A DNA stretch of 64,000 nt from a virus: positions 1-64,000 of IMG/VR virus record IMGVR_UViG_3300025120_000025. The stretch is one strand, 5' to 3'. A program made the translations under genes and the position numbers. Positions 10,101-20,554 of this stretch are shown in pieces (position 1 is the stretch's first letter; the number at the start of each line of letters is the position of its first letter). The notes beneath the pieces were generated by a model. It had not been told where the DNA came from. It ran no database searches and worked only from the letters and a program-made list of their open reading frames with translations.

Positions 10101-13100
10101 TCAAATCTTGAAGAAGTTAGTTCACTTAATTTGCTAGAAAAAGCAACAACAGACTTGTTAATACCTGATGTAGATGGTAATCCACGTTTAAAAAATGGAT
10201 TCATCGTAGATAATTTCAAAGGTCATGGTATTGGTAATGTAGGATCGCCTGATTATCGTGTCGCAGTAGATATGAAACGTAGACTTGCAAGACCTATGGC
10301 GCATACTGAAATTGCAACTATGACAGAAACTTTAGATAACGACACTGCAAGAACATCTGCTTTTTATAGAAAGCATAAAGATGGCGTTATTACACTTGAC
10401 TATAGCGACATAGAATATATAAAAAATCCATATGCTACAGATAGTATGGAAGTTAATGCATATAAAGTCAATCCATTTACTGGTGAGATGATACTTACAC
10501 CTGCTTCTGATGATTGGAAAAGTACAACTCGTAGACCAGACTTGGTTGTTGTAGATGATAATAACTTTGATGCAATTCAATTCTTAGCAGATGAAATTGG
10601 TGTTGAAGGTACAGTTTGGGAAGCATGGCAAGATAACTGGTTTGGAGAACAAATATTTACTGGAGAACAAGTAATCGGTTCTTCTCAGCAAGGTGGTTGG
10701 AATGGTAACATTCTACAACAAACTGGCACACAACAAGTTGGACAAGTACAAACTGGCGTTGAAACTAAACTTTTAAATAGCACAGTTGATAAAGCAATGG
10801 GTGATAGAATTGTAGATATGTCTATGATTCCATATATGCGTGAAATACCTATTCATGTTCATGCAGATTTGATGAAACCTTCTACAAGAGTGCAACCTTT
10901 CTTTGATAATGTGAATGTTTCTGTCTATGTTAAACCAGACGATAAGTTTACAGTCACATCAACAAATAGAACAGATTTTAATTTTTCACCATTAGCAGAC
11001 CCCGGATCACAAGCAGATACAGATGAAGGTCGTTTCTTTGGAACATTTGCTGATCCAGATTCCGCTGTTGCATATCCTGCACAAGCATTTGGAATTGGTG
11101 ATGTAGTACGAAATAATGTTCACACTGCAACTAGTATATCAGGCGCCGCCAAATCTGGCAATACAGTTACTATAACTGCATCAAGTGTATCGGGTATAGC
11201 AGTTGGTCATCTCGTAACTTTCGCAAATGTCGGTGGTGCTACAGAACTTAACACTGGTAAATATAGAGTAGAAAGCGTAAACACTTCAGCAAACACATTT
11301 ACAATCGTAAACAGTGATGCAACTGGTACTGTAATCGCTACACTGACTTCATATACCTCAGGTGGTACTGTTACTAGATTACAAGCATCTGGTGTTGTAA
11401 CTTATCAAGGACCAGATAGCACAGAAAATGCAGATGGTATGCCAGTTACAATTCATATTGCAAACATTAAGAATGGATTTGCAATATCTGACCAATTAAC
11501 TGGTGCAGTAGACAATGCACTTGGCGTCAAGAATTTATGTAGTATATCTTCTATCAACGGAGTAAGTACTGCAACATCAACTGATGTATATAAAAACTTA
11601 AAACAGTTTGGTGATACTCTGCTTACAGATGCAGAAGGCACCTTCACTGGTGTATATGTTGTACCAGACACAGAAGCAGTTAAATTTAGAACTGGAGATA
11701 GAGTATTACGTTTAATTGATAATTTAACAAACTCAGTTGATATTGGTATTCATACTACAAAAGCAGAAAGAATATTCCGTGCAACTGGTATGAACGAGAC
11801 AAAAGAAGAAACAATTTTATCTCTAAGACAAGCAGAGTTTGTTCGTGACCGTGTACAAAACAACCGAGAAATAACAAGAAATATTAGCGGTTCAACAAGA
11901 TTTCAGAGAACTTCAAGAGTTCAACCGCCTCCATCTTCAGATGGTGGAGGAGGTAACTTCGGCGGTGATGGCGGTAATGGTGGACCAGGTTGCGGCGCAC
12001 ACGATCCTCTTGCTCAAACATTCACTATATCTGAAGCAAAAGATGGAGTGATGATTTCAAAAGTAGATTTGTTCTTTGACCTAGCAGGTACAAGACCTAT
12101 TCTCATACAAATTGTAAATACTAAAGATGGATTTCCTTCAGAGAAGATTGTTACGCAGACAACTATTCCAGTAGCAGATGTTAAAACTTCTACAGATGCT
12201 TCAGTTGCAACAACTGTTGTGTTTGATAGTCCTGCATTTTTACAACAAGATACAACTTACGCACTACTAGTTAAAGTTGACGAACCTGGATGTAAAGTAT
12301 TCTTCTCAGAACTTGGGGGTAGCAATCTAGGCGATAATAGAACAGTAAGTAGAAACCCACTGACTGGTACGATGTTCTTATCTCAAAATGGTGACACATG
12401 GACACCTCAACAAACTAGAGATATGAAGTTAACATTTTATCGTGCATCGTTTGTTGGTAACGTAGCGACCGTAAACTTTAACAATGGTAGAAATGGATTT
12501 GTAACATTAAATACTAACCCATTTGAAACCGCACCAAACACAAATAAAGTTCGTGTTACACAAAGAAATCATGGATTTGTAGCAACTGATACAGTTAATA
12601 TTGCCAATGTGGCCGATGGATTCTACGGTGCTAATTCAACTACTGCTGGTATACCAGCATCAGAGTTAAATGGAACACATACAGTTGTAGCACCAGTTAC
12701 AATGGATTCATATGTAATCGAAATTACAGGTGCAAATGTTACAGGTGGTATTTCTGGATTATCTTCAGACACAGTTGGAGGTGCTAATATTCTAGCAACA
12801 AGAAATATACTTGCAGATATTGTGCAACCTTCAATTACTAATATACGTTTTTCTGAAACAACTCTAACATATGATATGAATATTGTATCAAGAACTGGTG
12901 GAACCTTCACTGGATTTAAACCAGTACCAGAAAATGTAAACAAAGAGTTTGACAGTACTAAAGTTATATTCTCAAATGATAATCAAAGTGCGACTGTTGG
13001 ATATTCTGCACAATTAAGAGCAAACTTATCTACAACTAACGACTTTGTATCACCTATGATTGATGGTCAAAGAGTATCACTATGTTGTATCTCAAATAGA

Positions 13101-13796
13101 ATTAACAACTTAGTAGAAACTGACGTAAATCTATCTACACACGATGATAGAGTTGCAGTGAATAATGATAGTAATGTTGCTTTCTCTGCTACAAATAGTA
13201 ATATAACTACAACAAACTCTGCCGCAAGAGCATTATTCGATACACTTGATATTGGTAAATTCATTACTGTAACTGGTAGTGCAAATGCAAACAATAGACT
13301 AAAGTATCAAATTACAAATTACAAAAATGATGGAACTACTGCAACAATATCAGTAACACCAGCACCTGGAACAAATGAGAATGCAGGAACTGGAACAACC
13401 ATAACTCAGCATGAGAAGTTCTTAGGCGATATTGCACCAAAAGGAGCAACGAATGGGGCAAATTATCTTACAAGAAGATTTACCTTAGAGAATCCTTCTA
13501 CTGCAATTAAAATATTGTATGAAGCAAATAGACCTACTTCATGTACTATCGAAGTTTATCGTAAAGTTATCACAGATGGTTCAGAGCAAACATTCGACAC
13601 AATACCATGGACTTTGATTCCTATTGAGCAAACAGACAGTGCAGATGGTAGTCCAACGACTTTCAAAGAGAGAACACATTTAGTATCTGACTTAGCAGAA
13701 TTTTCTGCAGTAGCAATCAAGATAGTTATGAAGTCAACTAACACAGCGTTTGTACCGAAGATAAAGAATTTAAGGGTAATTGCATTGGCACTATAA
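7116..13796 (+). CDS. large virion structural protein (VrlC/DUF4815-like)
   Basis: 2226 aa; PYYDDF, VLFRPG..VQARELTQLQS, RRTYDESGDY, RYTMRDIG, KNGFIVDNF and DPLAQTF motifs. Confidence 0.85.
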   Translation: MAVIDFNVDPYYDDFEGTTGAKSKDFHRVLFRPGFPVQARELTQLQSILQNQIEKHGRHVFKEGSMVIPGDLAYDMQYDFIKVQSTFNAQNVESYRADFVNKIVTGSESGVKARVIGTLAATSTTPLTLYVKYEDSGTSNEAIAFLIGENVTSLNADNTTAKNALLSTNQTTELTASLFTTGTVNSSNNLSAAGALLNKFDRSAVLAAGTSDTVGRGSAIQIQAGVYFINGFFVQNDAQSILLDNYSPYPSYRIGFQVTQSTTTPEEDATLKDNAQGSSNYAAPGAHRYKITLTLVKKELTASDDVNFVELTRVEDGQISKMTDKATYNFLQEEFARRTYDESGDYEVKPFRLDVREHLASGSNRGVWSSAETGDAAKLALGVEPGKAYVQGYEVESQITKFINTPKPRTFNSVVDTPIQTDVGNFVLVKNLKGLPDINDFPEVFIYDNFIAGNGGGGAAAPIGTCNIRGIQLHDGDFTGTISDVKYKLGIFDIQMNDGKDFARDARAFGDNTDPDNATFSCNINPKLITLSGTVTTTADPTVVGVGTLFLSQLRAGDRLFVNDVDVGEVAATGTFNNLSIELGGNALSNIAGGTVKRMSAELLRPHQKILVFPTGYFRTRKIRGSDAQNPDNVLSSTYTVRRQLTTQNITAGQLTFTVPSNESFASVSNLQNFVLIASSAGTGTLATANVGAVIPLVASDLALTNSNRTLTISNVNSKTLPSGASPVNGVTCTLVASVTITGAAGAEKQKALQSNQTVQITTQGAVQKTEITLGKADGYALKSVKMAADFSTNATATSQDITDRYEFDNGQRDAFYDLARISLKPGRPAPTGRILVTFDYFTHAGGDYFSVDSYDGIVSYESIPSYTSPDGDGDTYDLRDCLDFRPRIDDAGVNFTSSGASATELPMVGTNFNADFSYFLGRIDKIAMNFDGSLIRIPGVPDINPKPPLDLGKAMTLFEVTMKPYVVNTSEVLSKKIKNRRYTMRDIGRLETRISNLEEVSSLNLLEKATTDLLIPDVDGNPRLKNGFIVDNFKGHGIGNVGSPDYRVAVDMKRRLARPMAHTEIATMTETLDNDTARTSAFYRKHKDGVITLDYSDIEYIKNPYATDSMEVNAYKVNPFTGEMILTPASDDWKSTTRRPDLVVVDDNNFDAIQFLADEIGVEGTVWEAWQDNWFGEQIFTGEQVIGSSQQGGWNGNILQQTGTQQVGQVQTGVETKLLNSTVDKAMGDRIVDMSMIPYMREIPIHVHADLMKPSTRVQPFFDNVNVSVYVKPDDKFTVTSTNRTDFNFSPLADPGSQADTDEGRFFGTFADPDSAVAYPAQAFGIGDVVRNNVHTATSISGAAKSGNTVTITASSVSGIAVGHLVTFANVGGATELNTGKYRVESVNTSANTFTIVNSDATGTVIATLTSYTSGGTVTRLQASGVVTYQGPDSTENADGMPVTIHIANIKNGFAISDQLTGAVDNALGVKNLCSISSINGVSTATSTDVYKNLKQFGDTLLTDAEGTFTGVYVVPDTEAVKFRTGDRVLRLIDNLTNSVDIGIHTTKAERIFRATGMNETKEETILSLRQAEFVRDRVQNNREITRNISGSTRFQRTSRVQPPPSSDGGGGNFGGDGGNGGPGCGAHDPLAQTFTISEAKDGVMISKVDLFFDLAGTRPILIQIVNTKDGFPSEKIVTQTTIPVADVKTSTDASVATTVVFDSPAFLQQDTTYALLVKVDEPGCKVFFSELGGSNLGDNRTVSRNPLTGTMFLSQNGDTWTPQQTRDMKLTFYRASFVGNVATVNFNNGRNGFVTLNTNPFETAPNTNKVRVTQRNHGFVATDTVNIANVADGFYGANSTTAGIPASELNGTHTVVAPVTMDSYVIEITGANVTGGISGLSSDTVGGANILATRNILADIVQPSITNIRFSETTLTYDMNIVSRTGGTFTGFKPVPENVNKEFDSTKVIFSNDNQSATVGYSAQLRANLSTTNDFVSPMIDGQRVSLCCISNRINNLVETDVNLSTHDDRVAVNNDSNVAFSATNSNITTTNSAARALFDTLDIGKFITVTGSANANNRLKYQITNYKNDGTTATISVTPAPGTNENAGTGTTITQHEKFLGDIAPKGATNGANYLTRRFTLENPSTAIKILYEANRPTSCTIEVYRKVITDGSEQTFDTIPWTLIPIEQTDSADGSPTTFKERTHLVSDLAEFSAVAIKIVMKSTNTAFVPKIKNLRVIALAL

Positions 13797-14023
13797 TGAG
13801 CAATAGACATATACAAATTGAAGGATCACAAACACTAGTAAGAGAAAGATATAGTGGTGGTATTGTTAATACTTCTACTAGTGAGTATCACACATATATG
13901 TCAGTTCAAAGAGGTAAACAATCTCAAAAGATTAAAATGCAGACTATGTGTGATGAACTAAATACTCTTAAAGATGAAATGAGTGAAATAAAAAGTATGT
14001 TAAGACAGATATTGGAGAAATAA
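13796..14023 (+). CDS. conserved small coiled-coil protein
   Basis: 75 aa, coupled to the upstream stop; C-terminal heptads LKDEMSEIKSML. Confidence 0.75.
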   Translation: MSNRHIQIEGSQTLVRERYSGGIVNTSTSEYHTYMSVQRGKQSQKIKMQTMCDELNTLKDEMSEIKSMLRQILEK

Positions 14024-14024
14024 T

Positions 14025-14306
14025 ATGGCAGTTACAGCAGTAAACGCAACAGATAGCATCGATGTTTGGAGAAGTAAAACTAATACAATTTCTACTACTC
14101 TAGGCGATCCTGCGGCACTAACAACGTCTGCAAATAACGTAGTCGCTGGTATTAACGAATTAGATAATGAGCAAGGAACTTTAAGTTCGCTAAACACTAC
14201 TGCAAAAGGTAATCTAGTAGTAGCAATCAATGAGATGAAAACAACTCTAGATAACGCCACTGGCGGTCAAGCGATACCAAGACCTGCTCTGATTGCGATG
14301 GCATAA
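14025..14306 (+). CDS. small virion fibre/whisker-like protein
   Basis: W..KTN start and two G..A.L.T..N.V.AINE units. Confidence 0.6.
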   Translation: MAVTAVNATDSIDVWRSKTNTISTTLGDPAALTTSANNVVAGINELDNEQGTLSSLNTTAKGNLVVAINEMKTTLDNATGGQAIPRPALIAMA

Positions 14307-14638
14307 TGGCGGTTATAGACTTTAGTAGATTAATTAGTTTCAAGCAGTGGTTTGATAGAACAAATCAATTAGGGTCTAATACAGGCGATCCTGCAGTGAT
14401 TAACGCTGACTTAGGTAGTAATCTAGTCAATGCAATCAATGTAGTTCATACCGACTTGGGTAACAAGGCGGCATTAAACACTGAAGTAACAACAAACTTA
14501 GTTGAAGCAATGAATGATTTGAATGCTACAATTAGTAGATTTCGATTAAACGAAGGTGAACCACAAGCATATGATATGCATCCTCAAGCAGTATTTGGTA
14601 CTGATAGTGATTTTGATGCACATGGTATGGTTGAATAA
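14306..14638 (+). CDS. small virion fibre-like protein, paralogue of 14025..14306
   Basis: WFDRTN, GDPA, NLVNAIN and NLVEAMND units. Confidence 0.6.
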   Translation: MAVIDFSRLISFKQWFDRTNQLGSNTGDPAVINADLGSNLVNAINVVHTDLGNKAALNTEVTTNLVEAMNDLNATISRFRLNEGEPQAYDMHPQAVFGTDSDFDAHGMVE

Positions 14639-14664
14639 ATAGAAATATAAAGTAGAGGAAAAAA

Positions 14665-15000
14665 ATGGCAAACGATTTTCAAAATGCTATATCAAACAAT
14701 ATAGGAACAGGTCGAACTGATTTATATACTACACCTTCTGCCGTTGGCAAAAGAAGTATGTTGATTGGTCTAGAACTTGCTAATATTAGTGGTAGTGCGA
14801 TTACAGTAGATGTCGATGTCTATGATGCTTCTGCAACCGCATATGTTACAATGGGCAACGACCTTGCGATACCTGCTAACTCAACATTATCATTCATATC
14901 TGGACAAAAAATTGTTCTATCGAATGGCGATAAAGTAGCAGTCACATCAAGTGCGAGTGCATCATTGAATGCGATTGCAAGTATCTTAGAGGACATCTAA
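14665..15000 (+). CDS. small beta-rich virion protein (fibre adaptor-like)
   Basis: 111 aa; LYT.P, IPANSTL, KIVL..GDK, ASILE; paralogue of 16720..17046. Confidence 0.65.
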   Translation: MANDFQNAISNNIGTGRTDLYTTPSAVGKRSMLIGLELANISGSAITVDVDVYDASATAYVTMGNDLAIPANSTLSFISGQKIVLSNGDKVAVTSSASASLNAIASILEDI

Positions 15001-15002
15001 AC

Positions 15003-16682
15003 ATGAAATATGTAGGCGCACAACCGAGAGTATCAGGCAATAGATTAAATGGTGGTACAATTACCAACTTTGCATCAACTGGTATTGACGATAATGCAAC
15101 AGGAACAAAGATTACAGTTGTTGATGCGTCAACAACCTTTACTGGTAACATACTACCTGAAGCAGATAGTACAAGAAGTCTAGGTGCAACTGGCACTAGA
15201 TTTCTAAATCTATTTGTCGATGATGTTACAGCAACAACTTCTTTAAGTGTTCCTACGATTAATGTTGGTACTGCTTTACTACCTGATGCAAATGATGGTG
15301 CAGATTTAGGATCAACATCAAAAGGTTTCTCAGACTTATATCTTGCAGACAGTGCAGTAATTAAATTTGGTAATGACCAAGACGTAACGCTTACACATAC
15401 TCCTGATGTTGGACTTACACTTAATACTAAATTAATTGTTTCTGGAGACTTTGAAGCAAACTCTGGTTCACAGACACAAAATCTTGTCGTAACTGGTGGT
15501 ACACCAATATTAACAATTAAAGATAATAACACAGCGACAACTGCCGCTGATGCAGAGATTGCATTTGTAGATAGTGCGAATACTACACAAGCACAAGTTG
15601 GTATTGAAAATAATAAACTAATGCTCATCACTGAAGATGATGATGCAGGTGCTTCTGGTATCACACTAGGACTCGGCACAAGAACTACACATTTACCATT
15701 TCAACAAATGGATGAAAGTGGTAGCATAGTAGTAAGAGTTAATGCACAGACAAACATTGCGTTCAATAACAGTGGTACAATCACAGGTGGGGGTTCATCA
15801 TTCTCTGCAGTAAACGCAAATGACGTAATTACAGTATCAGGTGCTGGACAAGCATCAAATAACAAAGAATTTAGAGTTACAGCAAAAGCAGGAGATGTGC
15901 TTACAGTTGTAGCAGATGGAGGCGCATTACCTGCTACAGAGAGTGCTGGAGCAACAGTTACAGTCACGCAGAACCGTGTTAGAAACTTAAAGATAGCAAA
16001 CACCGTCAACGCAACTTCATATACTGCACCTCAATCAGATAATACAGATAGAGTATCAACTACCAAGTATGTAAGAACTGCAATCGCAAATATGCTAGAC
16101 AGTTCACCAGCGGCACTTGATACATTAAACGAACTTGCCGCCGCTATCAACGATGATGCAAACTTTGCAACGACAATCAATACAAGCATAGCAACAAAAG
16201 TAAACAGAGATTTTGATAACTTAACTGCGACAGGAACAGAAGCACTAAATGATGCCATCGGTGGGTTTGCAGGTGGTACAATGACATTCCCTGGAACAGG
16301 AAATACCATTGCTCTTGACCATGACGATGCAAATAATCACTTTGATATTACAGTTGCTTTGAATGATCCCGTAATTACAGTGACAACAACTGGTGCCGTA
16401 ACTGGTACTGCAAACGCAACGATGACAGATTTACAAAACACTACTATTAGTGTAGCAACAACATTAGCATCTGGAGCAGTTGCGGCGGCGTCACTAGACC
16501 AAACAGGTGCCGCTACTAATATGATTAAAGGATTAACACAAGCAACGAGTATTCAAAATGCAGATGAGTTTATTATTTCTGACGCATCAGATAGTGGTGC
16601 GTTGAAGAGAGTAGCAAGGTCTTTGGTTGCCCCTCCAGGGTTATCAGAAGATTTAGGTTTCTTTGCGATAGCGATGTCGTAA
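15003..16682 (+). CDS. tail fibre protein
   Basis: Thr/Gly/Ala-rich; contains SPAALDTLNELAAAINDDANFATT fibre motif. Confidence 0.8.
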   Translation: MKYVGAQPRVSGNRLNGGTITNFASTGIDDNATGTKITVVDASTTFTGNILPEADSTRSLGATGTRFLNLFVDDVTATTSLSVPTINVGTALLPDANDGADLGSTSKGFSDLYLADSAVIKFGNDQDVTLTHTPDVGLTLNTKLIVSGDFEANSGSQTQNLVVTGGTPILTIKDNNTATTAADAEIAFVDSANTTQAQVGIENNKLMLITEDDDAGASGITLGLGTRTTHLPFQQMDESGSIVVRVNAQTNIAFNNSGTITGGGSSFSAVNANDVITVSGAGQASNNKEFRVTAKAGDVLTVVADGGALPATESAGATVTVTQNRVRNLKIANTVNATSYTAPQSDNTDRVSTTKYVRTAIANMLDSSPAALDTLNELAAAINDDANFATTINTSIATKVNRDFDNLTATGTEALNDAIGGFAGGTMTFPGTGNTIALDHDDANNHFDITVALNDPVITVTTTGAVTGTANATMTDLQNTTISVATTLASGAVAAASLDQTGAATNMIKGLTQATSIQNADEFIISDASDSGALKRVARSLVAPPGLSEDLGFFAIAMS

Positions 16683-16686
16683 GTAT

Positions 16687-16694
16687 TATAAATA
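16687..16694 (+). promoter_or_regulatory. T4-type late promoter
   Basis: Intergenic TATAAATA. Confidence 0.8.
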
Positions 16695-16719
16695 TGAGTA
16701 TAGATAAGGATTAACAAAT

Positions 16720-17046
16720 ATGGCAACAGGTATTTTTAAAAATGCAAAGGTAAGTGGAGCGGCAACATCAGTTGCGACATTATACGCAGTACCGTCAGGT
16801 AAGTATAGTACACTTCACTCAATTTTCATCACAAACAGATACAATCTTGAAGATTTGTATGTGAACCTATTAATTAACGATGGATCAACAGATTACTATG
16901 TAGCATATCTGTTACCAGTGCCTGCTAACTTGGGCGCAATAATCGAAAGACCTATTAATTTACAATCAACTGAAACCTTGAAAGTACAAGCATCAAGAGC
17001 AAGTTCTATTGACATTGTTGCCAATTTAATAGAATTCACAGTATAA
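16720..17046 (+). CDS. small beta-rich virion protein, paralogue of 14665..15000
   Basis: LYAVP, VPAN, INL..TETLKV, ANLIE. Confidence 0.65.
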   Translation: MATGIFKNAKVSGAATSVATLYAVPSGKYSTLHSIFITNRYNLEDLYVNLLINDGSTDYYVAYLLPVPANLGAIIERPINLQSTETLKVQASRASSIDIVANLIEFTV

Positions 17047-17061
17047 CGAGAGAGATAACAG

Positions 17062-19449
17062 ATGCCATATATTGGAAGAACTAAATCAAACAACATTCGA
17101 ACTCAGAGGTTCATTGCCGATGGTGTTCGTAAGATATATCAGACAGAGTTTATACCTGTTAGTGATAATCAGTTATCAATATATATTGATGGCGTCTATC
17201 TTAACGACCAAGACTTTGTTTTCAAACACCCAAATAAAGTACTACTATCTGATGCACCTGCAAACGGTGCAGAAGTTGTTATTCAAGCACTTAAAGCATC
17301 TGAATATCAATCAGTTCGTTCTAAAACTTATGTAGCGAGTGGTTCACAAAGAATATTCTCATGTGGATTTACTCCACCTGATGAGTATTCAATTATTGTT
17401 ACAAAGAATGGCGACATTCTTCAAGATAAAGATTATGTAGTTCAAGGTAGTAAAGTTGTACTAACAAGTATGCCTTCTACTGGTCAAGAGATTGAAATTC
17501 GTGGTATCTATGATATCATCGATCCTTCTGGTAACGCACAAGCATCTAACTCACTCTCTATTAAAAGAACAAGAGGTATAACAGACGGATTTCAAAACAT
17601 TATGCCTATGCATCAAAAGAATGATGCAGAAAATAATCTACTAGTCTTTAGAGGTGGAGCGTCTGCTTCAGTCATGTCTAATCACAACGAATATGCTATC
17701 GTAAACGACTACAAGTATGTTCACGAAAGCAGATTATCAGAAAATATTCCTATCGAATTTAGAGGTCTAAAAGGTACAACATATTCTAATCTGTCACGAA
17801 GAGTGCAGATGGCAAAACATATCAGTGGTGTTCCTACTACTATCAACGCAACTCCTACTTCCTCTGGTACTTCTGGATATTCAAACGCAAATAATCTAGA
17901 AGCAAGAGGTGGTTCTGGTCAAGGATTCAGAGTTAACATTACAACTTCTGGTGGACAAGTAACAAACGTAGCAATCAATACTACCCTAGCAGGTGGCGAC
18001 TTTGCATATGGTTATCAAGCAAACGAAGTTCTAACAATTATTCAAGCAGGTTCTACGAACAATGCTACAGTGACAATCACTGCAGTAACAGACAGAAACG
18101 GTCAAAAGTACTTTGATGTAAATAATCATCATTGGGATCCAGCAAATAACACATATCAAAAAGAAACAACTTATACATACTCAGCGGATGAAGCAGATTT
18201 AATCGTTGCCGTAGATGGTATTATTCAACCATTTAATCAATACTCTGTAGTATCTGCAGACTTCAACGAAGGTTCAGGAGCATCTAATCAAGTTGTAAAC
18301 ATTGGTTCATATGTTGGTGTTGATGATACTGCATCTAAAATTGAAATTAGAGATTTAAAAGAATTAGTATCTAATGCAGACGCAGTTCTATTAGCAGACA
18401 CAGTAATATCAAGAGCAGTATGGGTCTCAAACGGGTCTGCCGCCGCATTTAATACTTCATCAGGTACAGAAACCACACATGGTTCATTTACAAACTTAGC
18501 GGCAAACGCCGCAAACGAAGAATGCTTCTTAGTTATTGTCGATGGTATTATTCAGGATAGAGATACATGGTCAATTTCTACAACTACTTTAACAGTTGGT
18601 GGTTCACCAGGTTCATCTGACCAATCAGTCAGAGTTGAATTGATTTACTTTGAAACACTAATACCTTCTGGTTCACATAATACACAAGACTGTTTGCAAG
18701 TTACAATGACTGGTAACGCAACAACTGGTCTTGGTGACCATCAGTTTATTAGACTACTTGACAGAGCAACTGGACTAAAAGAAATACATCCATCTTCAGA
18801 TGATTGTGTCATTGTAGACGTTAATGGCGTTTACCAGAACGATGATGCATACTTCATCGATAAGAACAAATTGTGCTTCTTTGATACAGTAGATAATCCA
18901 GCATTCGGCGCAATCGTCAATGTTAAAGTTCTAAAAGGCACAGAAGTTGTCGCCGCTAATAGAAGAAAAGTACAATTAAGAGGTACTGGTAGTGCGACAC
19001 AATTTACACTACCGTTTACATCAACTACAACTCCAAAAGATTTTGGTATTCTTGTATCAGTCAATGGTAAAATGCTTAGAGATGAAGAATTTGCTCTTGC
19101 ATCAACTACATTAACATTCAATGTCGCACCTGCTAACGATGCATTTATTGAAGTACAAGGCATCTTTGACATTACAACATACACTGGTGCTTCTTCAGCA
19201 ACCGACTTAGAAACTAGAAAACTAGAGTTTACTTGTAACGGGTCGCAACAAATATTTGACTTATCAGATTTAGTTTTTGAGAAACACGCATATGGTACCG
19301 TTCAAGATACATACAATGAACAAAAAATACTAATTTTTTATGAGGGAGAGTTGCAAGACCCAACTAAATATATAATAGTAGGAAATAAATTATACTTAAC
19401 TACACTACCTGTTAATGAAACAAAGGTAGAAGTCGTAAGGTTCATATAA
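17062..19449 (+). CDS. virion structural protein with about 8 tandem beta-domain repeats
   Basis: Recurring unit G....F...(I/L)(V/I).(V/I)(D/N)G..Q....Y.....L.....P......I.I; N-terminus MPYIG. Confidence 0.75.
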   Translation: MPYIGRTKSNNIRTQRFIADGVRKIYQTEFIPVSDNQLSIYIDGVYLNDQDFVFKHPNKVLLSDAPANGAEVVIQALKASEYQSVRSKTYVASGSQRIFSCGFTPPDEYSIIVTKNGDILQDKDYVVQGSKVVLTSMPSTGQEIEIRGIYDIIDPSGNAQASNSLSIKRTRGITDGFQNIMPMHQKNDAENNLLVFRGGASASVMSNHNEYAIVNDYKYVHESRLSENIPIEFRGLKGTTYSNLSRRVQMAKHISGVPTTINATPTSSGTSGYSNANNLEARGGSGQGFRVNITTSGGQVTNVAINTTLAGGDFAYGYQANEVLTIIQAGSTNNATVTITAVTDRNGQKYFDVNNHHWDPANNTYQKETTYTYSADEADLIVAVDGIIQPFNQYSVVSADFNEGSGASNQVVNIGSYVGVDDTASKIEIRDLKELVSNADAVLLADTVISRAVWVSNGSAAAFNTSSGTETTHGSFTNLAANAANEECFLVIVDGIIQDRDTWSISTTTLTVGGSPGSSDQSVRVELIYFETLIPSGSHNTQDCLQVTMTGNATTGLGDHQFIRLLDRATGLKEIHPSSDDCVIVDVNGVYQNDDAYFIDKNKLCFFDTVDNPAFGAIVNVKVLKGTEVVAANRRKVQLRGTGSATQFTLPFTSTTTPKDFGILVSVNGKMLRDEEFALASTTLTFNVAPANDAFIEVQGIFDITTYTGASSATDLETRKLEFTCNGSQQIFDLSDLVFEKHAYGTVQDTYNEQKILIFYEGELQDPTKYIIVGNKLYLTTLPVNETKVEVVRFI

Positions 19450-19462
19450 AAAAGGTAGAAAA

Positions 19463-19990
19463 ATGGCACTGACAAAATTAACAAAACACATCGTTTATGG
19501 AGCGACTATCGTTCAATGTAGATTTAAGGACCTTTCTAATCTAGATACGACCGCTACTGCGGCAACAGCATGGGATAATATGACGATTACTCCTCAATAT
19601 TCAGATAGTATATTAGAAGTTAGATTTAGTGGAACTATGTCAAACCTTACTGATAATTCTGCTCCCAATTCAGGAACTTTCGATATCAATCAGATTAATC
19701 TAATTATGGATATTAATGGTCAAACTGAATATATTATAAACAATGCCGCCTCAACTGCATCTGGTGATATGGCATATTCTACATCTGCTGGTCGTAGAGA
19801 AGGTAAAGCGGTTAATATGTTCCATAGACATTTACCTGGAACTACAAACCAACAAACTATTACTATGCAAACATCTAGAGGTTCTTCTCATGGTGGTGGT
19901 AACTTACAGTGTAGGTCGGGATTCTTAATGGCAAAAGAAGTTGCAGGAGGTATTCTAACAGGTACACCTGGTAATGCTTTCGTTAACTAA
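19463..19990 (+). CDS. putative fibre-tip/adhesin protein, paralogue A
   Basis: MALTK start, ITPQYSDSILE, NGQTEY, FHRHLPGTTNQQT. Confidence 0.6.
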   Translation: MALTKLTKHIVYGATIVQCRFKDLSNLDTTATAATAWDNMTITPQYSDSILEVRFSGTMSNLTDNSAPNSGTFDINQINLIMDINGQTEYIINNAASTASGDMAYSTSAGRREGKAVNMFHRHLPGTTNQQTITMQTSRGSSHGGGNLQCRSGFLMAKEVAGGILTGTPGNAFVN

Positions 19991-20010
19991 ATAGTGATAA
20001 GGTATGTATA

Positions 20011-20535
20011 ATGGCACTGAAAAAAGTAAAGAAGTCTATAGTATTTGGTTCAGTTCTTGTGGCACACTATGGAAGAGATATATCAGACTTGACAACATCA
20101 AGTGCAAGTTTTGTACAGTGGGGAGAGGATATAGTTTTACAAATGCAATTTAGTGATAGTCACTTAGAACTAGTAACAACTGGTAGTGTAACAGTAGACA
20201 CTACCGCACCAGCAGGTGGAAACTATGGTAATCTTAAATATGCAGTAAATGGACAAGATGAATATTTTTTAAGAGGTATTGCAGGCGCCAACCCTTCAAG
20301 GGCAGGTGGTCACAATCATCAGAACCAACAATTTGGTGAAGACAATGGTAGACAAAATTGGAGAAGTTTTGGGTCTAGTACGGCACTTTATATGAACCAT
20401 ATACATAGACCAGGTAGTACAAACGAACAGACAGTGCAAACTTGGGGAAGTATGTCTGGTGGTATCCAGTTGACTTTTCAAGAAGGATTTACTACAGTGA
20501 CAGAAATTGCAGGAGAAGGATACAATCTAACATGA
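20011..20535 (+). CDS. putative fibre-tip/adhesin protein, paralogue B
   Basis: Same scaffold as A; loop GGHNHQNQQFGEDNGRQNWR. Confidence 0.6.
   Translation: MALKKVKKSIVFGSVLVAHYGRDISDLTTSSASFVQWGEDIVLQMQFSDSHLELVTTGSVTVDTTAPAGGNYGNLKYAVNGQDEYFLRGIAGANPSRAGGHNHQNQQFGEDNGRQNWRSFGSSTALYMNHIHRPGSTNEQTVQTWGSMSGGIQLTFQEGFTTVTEIAGEGYNLT
20303..20364 (+). repeat. 62-bp direct repeat, copy 1
   Basis: 61/62 identical to 20850..20911. Confidence 0.95.
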
Positions 20536-20554
20536 GGAATATGAGGAAAAACAA

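Noticed and set aside
11920-12020. Gly/Pro-rich stretch in the 2226-aa protein as an intein or insertion element
   Set aside because: Short low-complexity linker before DPLAQ, with no splicing or endonuclease motifs
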